Shown here piece after piece: positions 9,578-20,172 of a DNA stretch of 64,000 nt. The notes beneath the pieces were generated by a model. That model ran no database searches and had not been told where the DNA came from. It worked only from the letters and a program-made list of their open reading frames with translations. A program made the position numbers and the translations under genes. The first letter of the stretch is position 1. Every line of letters starts with the position of its first letter. Origin of the DNA: Rhodothermales bacterium (GTDB taxonomy: Bacteria > Bacteroidota > Rhodothermia > Rhodothermales > Bin80); the NCBI GenBank assembly GCA_965200955.1, contig OZ241742.1:2951072-3015071 (forward strand), given 5' to 3'.

Positions 9578-11287
9578 TCATTGATATTCAAGAAAGAGCG
9601 TTCTGTCGTGCAACCAAGGAATCTTCCCTTGTGAGCCGATATAGCCTGCACTCCGCAGTTCTGAGTTGTGTGCATGTCGGTTGAATTTCACGATGACCCG
9701 GTCCTTGTCGGTGATGACTTTGCCGGATACTTTGACGAGTTTCTCAAACAGGGTTTTATTTTTCGCGACACGATAAAGCGGGTCCAGTCTTTTTGCAAAC
9801 GCTTGATAGAGCGTACTGGCGATGATGGTGAGTTGTAAATCCAGATCAATGCGCATCGGTATCGTGCTTGACAGTGCGTCCATGTGGAAGAAATTAATGG
9901 CATCCTGGATCGCGTTTTCAACCAGCATGCGCCGTGCGTATCTGTCAATGAGTTCAGCAGCACCCTGCTTCATGTAATTGGTAATCAGCAGGGTTGGCAG
10001 TTCATGTCCAAGTCCTTTGATTGCAAGTTGACGTAGTGGATCTGGATAATTCGTTAGCGTGATTATTTGATCCAGAACATAAGGCTTGGAGTACCTCCGT
10101 CCGATATTGTGAAGTTGGATCTTTTTCCATTGATCACTGGGGGACTGATTGATCTCATCCACGATAGAAGGCGCACGCTTGCGTAAGGTTAGGAAGTAGA
10201 TTCCAAGAGCATTGAGTCTGGCTAGATTTGCATAGGTCGTAAATCGACTGTCAAATACCAGATCCTTTGGAAGCTCGCCTGTTCGCTGTTTCCAACTTTC
10301 AATGAACGAAAAAATGGCATCATTCTGGGTTTCTTTGGTGATTTTAGCATCCCCATAGATCAAGACGCACTGGCTGGCTTCCCGAACCACCAAAGCTAGG
10401 ATCCCACGCTGACGACGGCTACGGCTCGAGACAAAATGTTTCTGCATCAGCAATTCATCTCCATGATAGGGAATCGTATGAAAATCCAAGTCAAATGACT
10501 TTTCCGAGGTTGGTACCCATTGTTGAGCGATCCGATGCCATCCTGCCATCAATCGATCCAGATGATCAAGGTCTACTCTGCTACTGTATTCGGACAAGGT
10601 GGATTTTTTGGGGATCACATTGAGTCCGGCAAACAGGGCTATGCCCTCGTCCAGAACACTTGGCATCACATGATAGGGGCGTCCAATTCCCCAGAGTTTG
10701 AGCGCTAGCAAGGAGCGGATCATGGTCAATGCAGGAATCCTCTTGCTAGTAGGCCAGGTGGTTAGAAGCTGCCCAATGTTGGCATCTGCCAACTCCCGTG
10801 CAAAGAGAAACAAGCCAGCGAACTGTGTAGAAAACGTTGACGACGTTGCGTGGAATCGGCGAACGTCAGCCTGTGCAGCAATGGTCACTTTGGGAGATGT
10901 ACGAATGGAGCGTCGTGGCAATTTTGGGATACCAGCCTGCTTGAGAACAAGTCCGATGGTGGTGGTCCCTGCCTTGATTCCCTCCTCCGATAGGCGTTGA
11001 TGAATCTCGGCATTGGAGAGATGTTCTTTAAGGCGTAATTCAAGGATGCGCTGATCGCGTTTGGAGCGTTGCACCTCTGCGGGGCGGTCAAACAAGGGAA
11101 TCGCCCCCGATTTGCGTAGTTCAGAGGCTAGATTACGGAGGGTTCCCTCATTGAGTCCGAACTGTTTAGCAATGGCGGCCCAGGGTTTTCCCTCAACAAA
11201 ATATGCACGCAGGGCTTCGTAGAGTCTGAGTTTGTGCAGATCGGGATTCAGGAAGAGATGTGCAAATTGTTGGGATGATTTTGTCAT
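9578..11287 (-). CDS. DDE transposase with N-terminal HTH
   Basis: The N-terminal AIAKQFGLNEGTLRNL looks like an HTH. It also has FDLDFHTIPYHGDE and a C-terminal Y-x2-R-x3-E signature (DRYARRMLVEN) typical of the IS4 superfamily. Confidence 0.8.
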   Translation of the reverse strand: MTKSSQQFAHLFLNPDLHKLRLYEALRAYFVEGKPWAAIAKQFGLNEGTLRNLASELRKSGAIPLFDRPAEVQRSKRDQRILELRLKEHLSNAEIHQRLSEEGIKAGTTTIGLVLKQAGIPKLPRRSIRTSPKVTIAAQADVRRFHATSSTFSTQFAGLFLFARELADANIGQLLTTWPTSKRIPALTMIRSLLALKLWGIGRPYHVMPSVLDEGIALFAGLNVIPKKSTLSEYSSRVDLDHLDRLMAGWHRIAQQWVPTSEKSFDLDFHTIPYHGDELLMQKHFVSSRSRRQRGILALVVREASQCVLIYGDAKITKETQNDAIFSFIESWKQRTGELPKDLVFDSRFTTYANLARLNALGIYFLTLRKRAPSIVDEINQSPSDQWKKIQLHNIGRRYSKPYVLDQIITLTNYPDPLRQLAIKGLGHELPTLLITNYMKQGAAELIDRYARRMLVENAIQDAINFFHMDALSSTIPMRIDLDLQLTIIASTLYQAFAKRLDPLYRVAKNKTLFEKLVKVSGKVITDKDRVIVKFNRHAHNSELRSAGYIGSQGKIPWLHDRTLFLEYQ

Positions 11288-11524
11288 AATAAAGTGTGAT
11301 TAAAATAAGAATACCAATATACTAATAAAATAACTAAAAACCAAAAAAAGGGGAATAAAAGGGTCAATGAGAGAAAAATATAGAAAAAATGGCTTAGATT
11401 TAATTTTTAGATTATTATTATATTAGTGATACTATAAATATAGTCACAAAAGAAAATGACAAATAAGACATGTGTCTGCACCATCATTGGTCCTAGACAC
11501 ACTGGAAGATCCTTTAAAGGTGGT

Positions 11525-11538
11525 GTTGGAAATTCAGG
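11525..11538. repeat. IS terminal inverted repeat (right)
   Basis: GTTGGAAATTCAGG is the exact reverse complement of 9527-9540. Confidence 0.8.
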
Positions 11539-11877
11539 CTACCGTTCTATGCCCCGTCTGGATCTACCCACAATGGTCTTTTTTGGACGATTCTCGGAAG
11601 ATTTGGCTCAACCATCAATCCAATCATTATGCTAACAGCTAATCTATTCACTTCTTCACGGTCTATCACCGCCCATACGTCAAAGCAGTTGTAGCAGAAA
11701 GTTTAAGCCTAAAAAATGTCCTGAGACGCGATGCAACTCAACATGAACGAAACCCAAAGTGGAAACTGCCGCCGTAAATCAGATAATGCCTCCTCGGAAT
11801 TTACTACACAAATTCGATGACTTTGGCCTCAGATACTCTCATCATGATATAGGACACCATCTGATTGAGTCAAGTAT

Positions 11878-14769
11878 TTAGAGTTGTTTGACAAATGCAA
11901 TGACATCGGCAAGTTCCTGCGGATCTCCAATTAAATCCTCGGGCATGGCGGATCGCGTGACAGGGGTTACACTGATGATATCAGACCGGATGAGGGTTTG
12001 ATCAGAATGCTCGTTCAACAGATAGAGGGCAGAAGCCGTTTCGGAAGCCACAACCCCCTGCAAGGTATCCCCCGAGACAGTCGCAATCTCCCACAATTCA
12101 TATCCCGTAGAAATCGCCTGAGAAGGCTTGATGATTGCAGCAGCGAGCATGGGCTCCGACCAGTGACGAACCGTACTTAGGTCGGGACCAAATCCTCTTG
12201 CATGGCAGGAAGCACAGACCGTAGCATACACCAGTGCACCCGATTCAATATCTCCATCCAAATCCGATGATGAAAGATCCACCGACTCATCCATGGTCCT
12301 CAGCAAAGCTCTCGCACGACTGCGCGTCGGCTCAGGAGTATCACGCATCAAGTAAACCCTGTGTCCCCATGATAATTCAGACGGAGATACAATCCCCGAT
12401 TCTAAGGCTTCAACAAAGAGATGAGCACGTACAGCTGTATTGAAGATGGGAAGAGCTTCATTCCTTAAACGGGGAGTCAAGCGTTCCCATTCTCCAAGGA
12501 TATGCTCTGCAACATGTACACCTTGACTAAAGCGTAAACCATGTAATACTTCAAGTTGAAGATCCAAGGGAGCATCCTGAGTAAACAACTGCAAGAGTAT
12601 ATTCGCATCAACCCTCGCTTTGGATAAGAGACGGACAGCACGAGTGCGTAGGTGTATAAGGGCCTGTTCGTCCTGAGCCAGAAGTCTTGATGTTTCTATC
12701 ACGACAGGGTCTAAAGCCTTAGAGGGTAATAAATCCAAAATGGCACTTGCGATAGCCTCATCTTCTGAGGCCCACATCCGATCAATCAACTGAGATGCTT
12801 GGTTTTCAGTGGGTACAACACTGGCAGAAGCCATTCCACGAAGTAAAGGGGCAAACCACCATTGACGATCCGCATTCTCAGTGAATAGTTGATCAAAAAG
12901 GATCTTCACATTCCTTTCTTGAACCATCGTTGCCGCAATCTTTTCCAGAAGTGCGGGCTGATCGGAGTGGCTCATGGCAGTGGAGAAAAGACGATCAGAG
13001 GGCATAGACAACTGTGCAGCAATCTGGACCCAGTGATCGTCCATGTCCTGCTGCAAAATCTCATCCTGCACAGAGAGCACCTCCTCGGAATCCATTCCCA
13101 TGATGCCCAGCGTTAGTAAGAGCTGATAACGAACTTGAGGATCAGGGTCATTCGCCATTTGGAGGAGGTGAGGACTCAGACTGCTCCATTGAGTTGAGTC
13201 CATTTCTGCAAGACGGATTGCATTTTCTCGAATTCGAGGATGGGCGTGCATCAATCCATTGAGAATGTCGTCTGTATGAAGAGCCCCCAACCCATGCAAA
13301 GTCCAGAGGGTATGAAGATTCCCCTCAGCAGACTGCTGCTGATCAAGATGCCTTCGGAGGTGAGTAATCGCTGACGTATCCTGGGCAGTGACAAGCATCC
13401 GCTGTGCAGTGAGTCTCCACCACCCATTTGGATCTGAGAGTCGTTCCACATACTGCTCTGCACTCATAGGCTCCATTGCATTGAGCCATGAGGGGGAGGA
13501 TGCACCTTCAGGAAAAACTCGATAAATTCTCCCCATTTGAATCCCCTGCTGCAGATCCCCAGCTGCAACCACGGCATCATCCATCCACTCTGGATGTTCA
13601 ACAATCTGCCGATAGTAATCCACCACATAGAGTGCACCATCCGGCCCAACACTAAAATTCACTGGGCGAAACCATCCGTCGGTAGAAGCTAAAAACTCGT
13701 GCCCCTCCGTGAGACGGGATGCCGTAAACACGCTTCCTGATGATCTAACCTGAGCTGCAAAGACCACATTATGAACGGGTTCTGCACTAAAGGTGACACT
13801 GCGATCATATGGGGCTGGAAATAAACCTCCATGATACCATGTGATCCCACAGGCGGATGTAAAAACTCCCCGATCTGTTAGTAATTGATGCTCTGGATCA
13901 ATCGTAATTGGAAAAACTCTCTCTTGTGGGCCGTGATCAAATGAATAATGGGCAGCTTCAGCAACGGCAACATTTAAGTTACGCTCCATATACCTGCCCG
14001 CTAAGGCCTCATGAAAAATAGGGTGGCTATTATCATTCAAAAAGTGATGTCCCCATTCATTAAACGTATGCCCAAACTGGCTTGAATTACTGCGCATTTC
14101 AAGTTCAAAAGAATCGGGTCGGAAGCGTACATTCCTGTCATGTGCGTTACGAGGAAGTCGGACGGCATCTGGTGCCGACGCGTAGTAAATTTCGCCTCCT
14201 GTGTCTCCAAAGGTATCGGCAAATTTTTCAGTCCATGACACAGTGCCGTAATTCGACAGATAGATCCAGTTATCAATCCCATAGAGAGGATTATTTACAT
14301 TGTACTGTGGGTTCGTGAGAGCAAATCCTGTCAGAATAACTTCACGAATATCTGAAATTCCATCTCCATCGGAATCCTCATAGTACAACACATCAGGTGC
14401 ATCGGTCACAAGTACACCGTCCTTCCAAGGCATGATGCCATTGGGTAGGGTTAAACCATGGGCAAAGAGGGTTGCTTGATCAGGGTAGCCATCACCATCT
14501 GTATCATGCAACATCTTAATACGCCCTGACCCGCTCGTGTCTAAGGGATACCCAGGCATCTCCACCACATACATCCTTCCTCGCTCGTCAACGGTCATGT
14601 CAACTGGATCCTGAATGAGAGGCTCCGAAGCAAATAACTCCACCTCAAACCCGTCTACGATCTCAAGCGTTTCCACGGATTGTTCTGGGCTGTAAGGAGG
14701 CCCTGAGGGCGGAGTGAATGAACAGCTCGCAACAGTGAAGGTAACGAAAAGCAAACAGAAACAGCGCAT
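11878..14769 (-). CDS. PVC-type heme-binding protein: membrane-bound-dehydrogenase-like beta-propeller + HEAT repeats + C-terminal cytochrome c (CxxCH)
   Basis: Has a signal/lipobox (VASCSF). EPLIQDPVDMTVDERGRMYVVEMPGYP matches the 'putative membrane-bound dehydrogenase domain'. A long helical repeat region follows, and VCASCHARG sits near the C-terminus. Confidence 0.7.
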   Translation of the reverse strand: MRCFCLLFVTFTVASCSFTPPSGPPYSPEQSVETLEIVDGFEVELFASEPLIQDPVDMTVDERGRMYVVEMPGYPLDTSGSGRIKMLHDTDGDGYPDQATLFAHGLTLPNGIMPWKDGVLVTDAPDVLYYEDSDGDGISDIREVILTGFALTNPQYNVNNPLYGIDNWIYLSNYGTVSWTEKFADTFGDTGGEIYYASAPDAVRLPRNAHDRNVRFRPDSFELEMRSNSSQFGHTFNEWGHHFLNDNSHPIFHEALAGRYMERNLNVAVAEAAHYSFDHGPQERVFPITIDPEHQLLTDRGVFTSACGITWYHGGLFPAPYDRSVTFSAEPVHNVVFAAQVRSSGSVFTASRLTEGHEFLASTDGWFRPVNFSVGPDGALYVVDYYRQIVEHPEWMDDAVVAAGDLQQGIQMGRIYRVFPEGASSPSWLNAMEPMSAEQYVERLSDPNGWWRLTAQRMLVTAQDTSAITHLRRHLDQQQSAEGNLHTLWTLHGLGALHTDDILNGLMHAHPRIRENAIRLAEMDSTQWSSLSPHLLQMANDPDPQVRYQLLLTLGIMGMDSEEVLSVQDEILQQDMDDHWVQIAAQLSMPSDRLFSTAMSHSDQPALLEKIAATMVQERNVKILFDQLFTENADRQWWFAPLLRGMASASVVPTENQASQLIDRMWASEDEAIASAILDLLPSKALDPVVIETSRLLAQDEQALIHLRTRAVRLLSKARVDANILLQLFTQDAPLDLQLEVLHGLRFSQGVHVAEHILGEWERLTPRLRNEALPIFNTAVRAHLFVEALESGIVSPSELSWGHRVYLMRDTPEPTRSRARALLRTMDESVDLSSSDLDGDIESGALVYATVCASCHARGFGPDLSTVRHWSEPMLAAAIIKPSQAISTGYELWEIATVSGDTLQGVVASETASALYLLNEHSDQTLIRSDIISVTPVTRSAMPEDLIGDPQELADVIAFVKQL

Positions 14770-15597
14770 TTATTGGTATAGTGTTTGGATTCCCCCTGAA
14801 AGTGTATACAGCTGTCTCACTTCATCTGGAGATAAATCTTTGTTAAAGAAAGAAAGGTCATCCATCTGTCCTCTATATTGTAATCCAAGACTTAAAAGAA
14901 CCTTACTCGCGTCCCATGTTAACTTCTGATCGCGTCCATGTAATTCGCCGACAAGTTCTCCATTTAGATAACCCTGAAAAACTGCGGTGTCTGCGTCGGT
15001 ATTGAACTTCCGAACAACCATCACAACATGAGTCCACGATTCACTGGAAAATGGATGATCGTCAATGGTGATCATGGGCATGACCCCAGGGGCCATGTCC
15101 TCCCATGGGTCTCCCTCTGGATTCCAAATGTGACGATCCGCAAATGCTGCTAACCGAAATTTTCGAGGTTGATTCCTGGTAAAGTCAACAAAAACGGATG
15201 CGTCATCCCAGCTACGCGGAGTCAGCATGATCGGATCCGACCACTCCCCTTCTGTCAAATCTTCATTTGGATCTACCTTAAGCCAAAATGAAATGGTCGC
15301 ATTCCAGTCCTGTTCTTGGTAAGCAACATTATCCATCCCCTTGAAAAAATAAGTAGCATCGGTATAGTCCGAAAAATGGAGTGCACCCCCAAACATCCCC
15401 CCATCCACAACAACAGACACTTCACTTTCAGATGGATCCGCAGGTACAGCACGATCAGAATCATCTAAGTTGTCAGCCTGATACAGAACAGGATCGCCCA
15501 TCGCAAATCTAGCCTCAAAGGTTGAATCAAAGGGGGCATGAAATGTGAGGGACTCTCCCAAAGAAGAAACCTGAATCAACAAAAGTAACAAAATCAT
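14770..15597 (-). CDS. secreted LamG/concanavalin-A-like lectin domain protein
   Basis: Has a signal peptide. GGALHF..., ATISFWLKV and LGLQYRGQMDDLSFFNKDLSPDEVRQLY fit the LamG jelly-roll pattern. Its stop abuts the next gene's start (14769/14770). Confidence 0.5.
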   Translation of the reverse strand: MILLLLLIQVSSLGESLTFHAPFDSTFEARFAMGDPVLYQADNLDDSDRAVPADPSESEVSVVVDGGMFGGALHFSDYTDATYFFKGMDNVAYQEQDWNATISFWLKVDPNEDLTEGEWSDPIMLTPRSWDDASVFVDFTRNQPRKFRLAAFADRHIWNPEGDPWEDMAPGVMPMITIDDHPFSSESWTHVVMVVRKFNTDADTAVFQGYLNGELVGELHGRDQKLTWDASKVLLSLGLQYRGQMDDLSFFNKDLSPDEVRQLYTLSGGIQTLYQ

Positions 15598-15754
15598 GTG
15601 GGGGCAAGGATCAACTGAAGATGGAAGGTCAAAGTAAGATGTTCATGACTGTTGGAAAGATACGAAATGATTTTTAAAGAAAATTGATCTCATGGTGTCC
15701 AAGGACTCCATGGATTCATTTGCATATCGTAGATCTACTATACATCATCATCCA

Positions 15755-16759
15755 TTACGAAACCCCTTCACTCATCTCAATCATGCGCTCAATCGGCTTT
15801 AATGCACGCCTTCGTATGGATTCTTCCATGGTGATTTCGGGTAATTCATGGTGCATGCACATGAAGAGTTTCTCAATGGTATTGAGTCGCATATGGGGAC
15901 ATTGGTTGCAATTACATCCACTTTCAGGAGGGGCAGCAATAAAGTGCTTCTGAGGAGAGTCTTTTCGCATCTGATGCAGGATTCCCTCTTCGGTGGCAAT
16001 GATGAATGAAGTGGTATCATTCTCTTTGGCATAGCGTCGAATTCCACTGGTGGATCCAATATAGTCTGCATGTCTCAGAACAGCCTCTTCACATTCTGGA
16101 TGTGCTAAAACTTTCGCATCAGGATGTTCCACTTTAAGGGTGAGTAATTTTCGCTCACTGAAGGTTTCATGAACAATACAGACCCCATCCCATATCGTTA
16201 ATTTCCTTTTGGTTTTCCGCTCAAGCCACCGGCCTAAGTTTCGATCAGGAGCAAAAATGACTGGCTGAGACTCTGGAATCATCCGTAATAAATGCTCAGC
16301 ATTGGTCGAAGTACAGATGATGTCGCTCCTGGCTTTGACCCCAGCAGAGCAGTTGATATAGGACATCACCAAGTGATCGGGATGCTGGTCACAAAATTCC
16401 GAAAATTCATCCGCCGGGCAGGTATCTGCAAGAGAACATCCTGCATTCAAGTCAGGAAGAATCACTTTTTTTTCGGGGGAGAGGATTTTGGCAGTTTCAG
16501 CCATAAAATGAACCCCAGCAAAAACAATGATGTCCGCTGATGTGGCAGACGCCTGCCGAGAGAGTCCTAATGAATCTCCAATAAAGTCAGCGACATCCTG
16601 AATCGCGGGCTCTTGATAGTAATGAGCCAGCAAGATCGCATTCTTCTTTTTTTTGAGAAGTTCAATCTCTTCGTAGAGATCAAGCGTGAGATCCACTGGA
16701 TCATCAACGAATCCTATTTGATCCGCTCTCTGCCGGAGCGATTGCATAGAGACCATCAT
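15755..16759 (-). CDS. nadA: quinolinate synthase
   Basis: [41 protein letters not shown], and conserved Cys contexts (AGCSLAD, INCSAG, CPHM). Confidence 0.9.
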   Translation of the reverse strand: MMVSMQSLRQRADQIGFVDDPVDLTLDLYEEIELLKKKKNAILLAHYYQEPAIQDVADFIGDSLGLSRQASATSADIIVFAGVHFMAETAKILSPEKKVILPDLNAGCSLADTCPADEFSEFCDQHPDHLVMSYINCSAGVKARSDIICTSTNAEHLLRMIPESQPVIFAPDRNLGRWLERKTKRKLTIWDGVCIVHETFSERKLLTLKVEHPDAKVLAHPECEEAVLRHADYIGSTSGIRRYAKENDTTSFIIATEEGILHQMRKDSPQKHFIAAPPESGCNCNQCPHMRLNTIEKLFMCMHHELPEITMEESIRRRALKPIERMIEMSEGVS

Positions 16760-16782
16760 GATTCATTTTGGGTTGAAAGTGA

Positions 16783-16796
16783 ACATGCTAGCATGT
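16783..16796. promoter_or_regulatory. 14-bp perfect palindrome ACATGCTAGCATGT in the nadA leader (candidate operator)
   Basis: Read directly from the sequence. It lies 24-37 nt upstream of the nadA ATG, in the 85-nt lolD-nadA spacer. A second near-palindrome TTGGAAATTCCAA sits at 16827-16839. Confidence 0.3.
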
Positions 16797-16844
16797 CAAC
16801 TCAAACCATTCAAGTTTGTGCCACTTTGGAAATTCCAACCGTCA

Positions 16845-17531
16845 TCAAGTTGTTTCTTCAAGAAGACGACCATCTTCCAATCTCAATACACGGTCACATA
16901 ACTGACTTAATACAGGGTTATGGGTCGCAATCACAAATGACTGTTGATACGTTTTGCTTAGATCAGAGATTTCTTCATGCAGAGCTGTAGCGGTTTTGGA
17001 ATCCAAACTGCCCGTAGGTTCATCGGCGAGCACCACAACGGGCTGGTTCATCAGTGCACGTGCCACAGCAACCCGCTGCTGTTCGCCCCCAGACAGTTCT
17101 GATGGACGATGGGTTAGACGAGAATCAAGCCCTAGTTGTGAGAGGAGCATCTTCGCACGGGGGCGTGCCTTGCGCAGTGAATCTCCACGGATCATGGCAG
17201 GCATGGCAACATTTTCAAGTGCACTGAATTCAGGAAGCAGATGATGAAACTGAAAGACAAAGCCAATCGATTGATTCCTCCATTGACTCAGAGATGCATC
17301 ATCCTGATCAAAAACATCTATCCCATTGTACAGGATGCGACCGTGATCGGGGCGGCCCAGAGCCCCTAGCATATGAAGCAATGTCGTTTTCCCCGTTCCA
17401 CTATCGCCAATAATAGCCACCATCTCTCCGGGGTGTACGTTCAGGGACACTCCCCTCAATACTTCAAGTCTGCCACCAGACCCCGTAGTAAAACCTTTAT
17501 GCACATTTTCTGCGGTCAGACTTGATGCCAT
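16845..17531 (-). CDS. lolD: ABC transporter ATP-binding protein, LolD/MacB-type
   Basis: Walker A GDSGTGKTT, signature LSGGEQQRVAVARAL, Walker B VVLADEPTGSLD. The symbol is assigned by family resemblance only. Confidence 0.75.
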   Translation of the reverse strand: MASSLTAENVHKGFTTGSGGRLEVLRGVSLNVHPGEMVAIIGDSGTGKTTLLHMLGALGRPDHGRILYNGIDVFDQDDASLSQWRNQSIGFVFQFHHLLPEFSALENVAMPAMIRGDSLRKARPRAKMLLSQLGLDSRLTHRPSELSGGEQQRVAVARALMNQPVVVLADEPTGSLDSKTATALHEEISDLSKTYQQSFVIATHNPVLSQLCDRVLRLEDGRLLEETT

Positions 17532-18787
17532 TAGAATCGGGTATTGACGACATTGGCAAACTTTGAACCAAAGGTATAGACAAATGCAATACTGGCGCTG
17601 AGCGTATAATCGGTGGCAAGTTCACGCTGCTGAAGCAGGATTTCTTCCAGCAACAGTTCACCAGCAGGTAACGAAAGCTGGTCACGGATCATTTCAAAAC
17701 GTGTTTGAAACTCCAGTGAAAATCCTTCAAACAGTCGGACAGAAACTGCGGTGTAAAACTCTGCACGCTGTTTGGAGGGGTCATGAAGATACTGGGATCC
17801 TTCAAGCCCACTAAATATATCCCCCCAAGGACGGCGTACAGCAACTCTGGCATCCAGTTCATGACGGGGCAGCCACTGCTGCAACTCACCAAAGATGGTT
17901 GTTTCAAAATAATCCGTGTAGGTCATCCCAATCTGATAGACAAAGGTGATGGCACGCCGGGTCGCTACATCATACGGAAAAAGACTATATTCAACACCCG
18001 GTACCAGCGATAGGGAATGCTTTAGATTCCGATCATTTCGCGTCACGTAGTCTAAAAATACTCCAACCGACCAATGAGGGCCAAGGCTTCGTATGACATA
18101 GCTGTCCAAACCATGGCGACTGATGCTGCTACGAACGGTTGGTCTGCCATCACGCTGAATGCGTACAAGATCATAATTAAAGTAAGGTCGGATTCTCGCT
18201 TTCCACTGCTCACTCCTATGATCTGCATAAAACCCCCAGCGAGAATCAAAAACAGTGCGATTGGATTCTAGATCCAATTCAAAATCTCCCCCATAAAGAT
18301 TGAAAACCCAGTGTTTCCATGGGTCTTCGGTTAGTACTTCGTCCGTCTCTGAATCATCGCGCTGCTGATACGTTAGTGATAGAATCTCAGGAACAGTGTC
18401 GTGTCCTACGAAAGGTGCCAGTCCTAATCGAATCGCATCATTAATGGTTTGACGCTGTTGGTCAGCAGAAGCATCCTGGGGGAGCACCCGTACGAGATTC
18501 AACTCTGATCCATCCAGAGTGCCACGCCCAATGAATGTGAGTTCATATTGTCCTCCCGCTAGGACGGTATTGCTTCGGGTAATGAAGATGTGCACATCTG
18601 CTTGACTGGGATCTCGTACATAATTCAGGAAATTTAATTCCGTTCGAATATGCAACTGGTCACAGCCATCACAATCTAGGTAAACACTTAGACGGTCGGC
18701 CGCAGATTCTTGGGCAACGATCACCGCTGGATGAAGCAGGGAGATTCCCAGAAAACCTATAATGAACACGGAAACTGCGATTCGCAT
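17531..18787 (-). CDS. outer-membrane beta-barrel protein of unknown function
   Basis: Has a signal peptide (…HPAVIVAQES), an alternating amphipathic pattern and a C-terminal ...VVNTRF (terminal Phe typical of OMPs). It shares 1-nt overlaps with both neighbours. Confidence 0.5.
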   Translation of the reverse strand: MRIAVSVFIIGFLGISLLHPAVIVAQESAADRLSVYLDCDGCDQLHIRTELNFLNYVRDPSQADVHIFITRSNTVLAGGQYELTFIGRGTLDGSELNLVRVLPQDASADQQRQTINDAIRLGLAPFVGHDTVPEILSLTYQQRDDSETDEVLTEDPWKHWVFNLYGGDFELDLESNRTVFDSRWGFYADHRSEQWKARIRPYFNYDLVRIQRDGRPTVRSSISRHGLDSYVIRSLGPHWSVGVFLDYVTRNDRNLKHSLSLVPGVEYSLFPYDVATRRAITFVYQIGMTYTDYFETTIFGELQQWLPRHELDARVAVRRPWGDIFSGLEGSQYLHDPSKQRAEFYTAVSVRLFEGFSLEFQTRFEMIRDQLSLPAGELLLEEILLQQRELATDYTLSASIAFVYTFGSKFANVVNTRF

Positions 18788-20172
18788 CAGGGTTGCAGGC
18801 CAAAGTCTTTCATTCGGGAACTCAACTGAGAGGGCTTGATGCCAATTTGTTTGGCAGTCGTGCTGACATTCCAGTGATTCTCATCCAGCTTTTGCTGAAG
18901 ATAGATCTGCTCAGCATGTTCACGAAAGCTAGAAAGGCTGTCGTGACCTGCAGCGACTGACTGCAACTGCCGTTTCATAGAGAATGCCGAAACGACCAGA
19001 CGCTGTACGTCACTCTTGGTAATTGATTCTTCTTCACAGAGGATCATGAGCCGCTCTACCACATTGCTCACCTCTCGGACATTTCCCTTCCATGGCAGCG
19101 ATGTCAGTTGATCCATTGCACTGGTGGTAAACTTCTTGGCAGGCAGTCCATTTCTTTTTGAAAGTTGGGTAGCAAAATGTTCAATCAGAGTCGGAAGATC
19201 TCCATGGCGATCTCTCACGGGAGGCATCGTGATCAGGATGACACTGAGTCTATGAAACAGGTCCTCACGAAAGTTACCCTCTTCAATTGCACTCTGCAGA
19301 TCTTTATTGGTCGCGGCAATCACACGCACATCCACATTAATGGTACGCTGGCCTCCTACTCTCGTAATCTGATTTTCCTGTAGAACGCGTAGGACTTTGG
19401 CCTGTGCAGACAAGCTCATATCGCCAATCTCATCCAGAAATAGCGTCCCACCATGAGCTTGTTCAAATTTGCCAATCCGTTGGCGATTTGCTCCCGTAAA
19501 GGAGCCTTTTTCATGCCCAAAAAGCTCACTCTCAATCAGTTCGGCGGGGATGGCGGCACAGTTTACTTCCACCATAGGCCCCTCATGGCGAGAACTTTGA
19601 GCATGTAACCACCGTGCGGCTAATTCTTTTCCGGTACCGGCTTCTCCCGTGATTAGGACTCTTGCATCCGTAGGTGCAACACGAGCAATGAGTTCCTTGA
19701 CCGATTGCATCGCAGGACTCTTCCCAATCATGGGCATCAAAGCGTGATGGGACTGCTGACTTAACGCCTGTTTTAGCCGCTGATTTTCAGTGACGATTTT
19801 TCCGCGTTCCAAGGCAGATCGAACCGTGACCAATAGATGCTGCAGATCTGGTGGCTTTTCAATAAAATGGAAGGCACCTGAGTGGGTTGCTTCTACAGCA
19901 GTCTTAATGTCTGCATGGCCACTAATCATGATCACTGGCAATTCAGGCCATGTCTCAACGCATTTTGAGAGTACTTCCAATCCATCCATCTTTGGCATTT
20001 TGATGTCTAAAAGCACCACATCAAATGTTTTCTTTCGGAGCTCAGCCAAAGCTATTTCCCCATTGGATGCCTCATGAACTTCAAACGATTCGTACTCCAG
20101 GATCTCGCGAAGTGTTCTTCGAATACTTTGCTGATCATCAACAATGAGCACGCGGGGAGAAGCCATGTTCAA
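18787..20172 (-). CDS. sigma-54-dependent response regulator (NtrC family: REC + AAA+ + Fis-type HTH)
   Basis: REC domain (VLLDIKMPKMDG, GAFHFIEKP). AAA+ domain with GEAGTGKE, the GSFTGA (GAFTGA-type) loop and TLFLDEIGD. The C-terminal HTH is WNVSTTAKQIGI. Confidence 0.9.
   Translation of the reverse strand: MNMASPRVLIVDDQQSIRRTLREILEYESFEVHEASNGEIALAELRKKTFDVVLLDIKMPKMDGLEVLSKCVETWPELPVIMISGHADIKTAVEATHSGAFHFIEKPPDLQHLLVTVRSALERGKIVTENQRLKQALSQQSHHALMPMIGKSPAMQSVKELIARVAPTDARVLITGEAGTGKELAARWLHAQSSRHEGPMVEVNCAAIPAELIESELFGHEKGSFTGANRQRIGKFEQAHGGTLFLDEIGDMSLSAQAKVLRVLQENQITRVGGQRTINVDVRVIAATNKDLQSAIEEGNFREDLFHRLSVILITMPPVRDRHGDLPTLIEHFATQLSKRNGLPAKKFTTSAMDQLTSLPWKGNVREVSNVVERLMILCEEESITKSDVQRLVVSAFSMKRQLQSVAAGHDSLSSFREHAEQIYLQQKLDENHWNVSTTAKQIGIKPSQLSSRMKDFGLQP

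Larger units (their letters stand above)
9527..11538 (-). mobile_element. intact insertion sequence (2012 bp), IS4-superfamily DDE transposase, IS1634-like in size
   Basis: Perfect 14-bp terminal inverted repeats CCTGAATTTCCAAC (9527-9540) and GTTGGAAATTCAGG (11525-11538). They are flanked by the direct repeat CTAC (9523-9526 and 11539-11542). One uninterrupted 569-aa transposase ORF. The 240-bp upstream leader inside the element is AT-rich. Confidence 0.8.
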
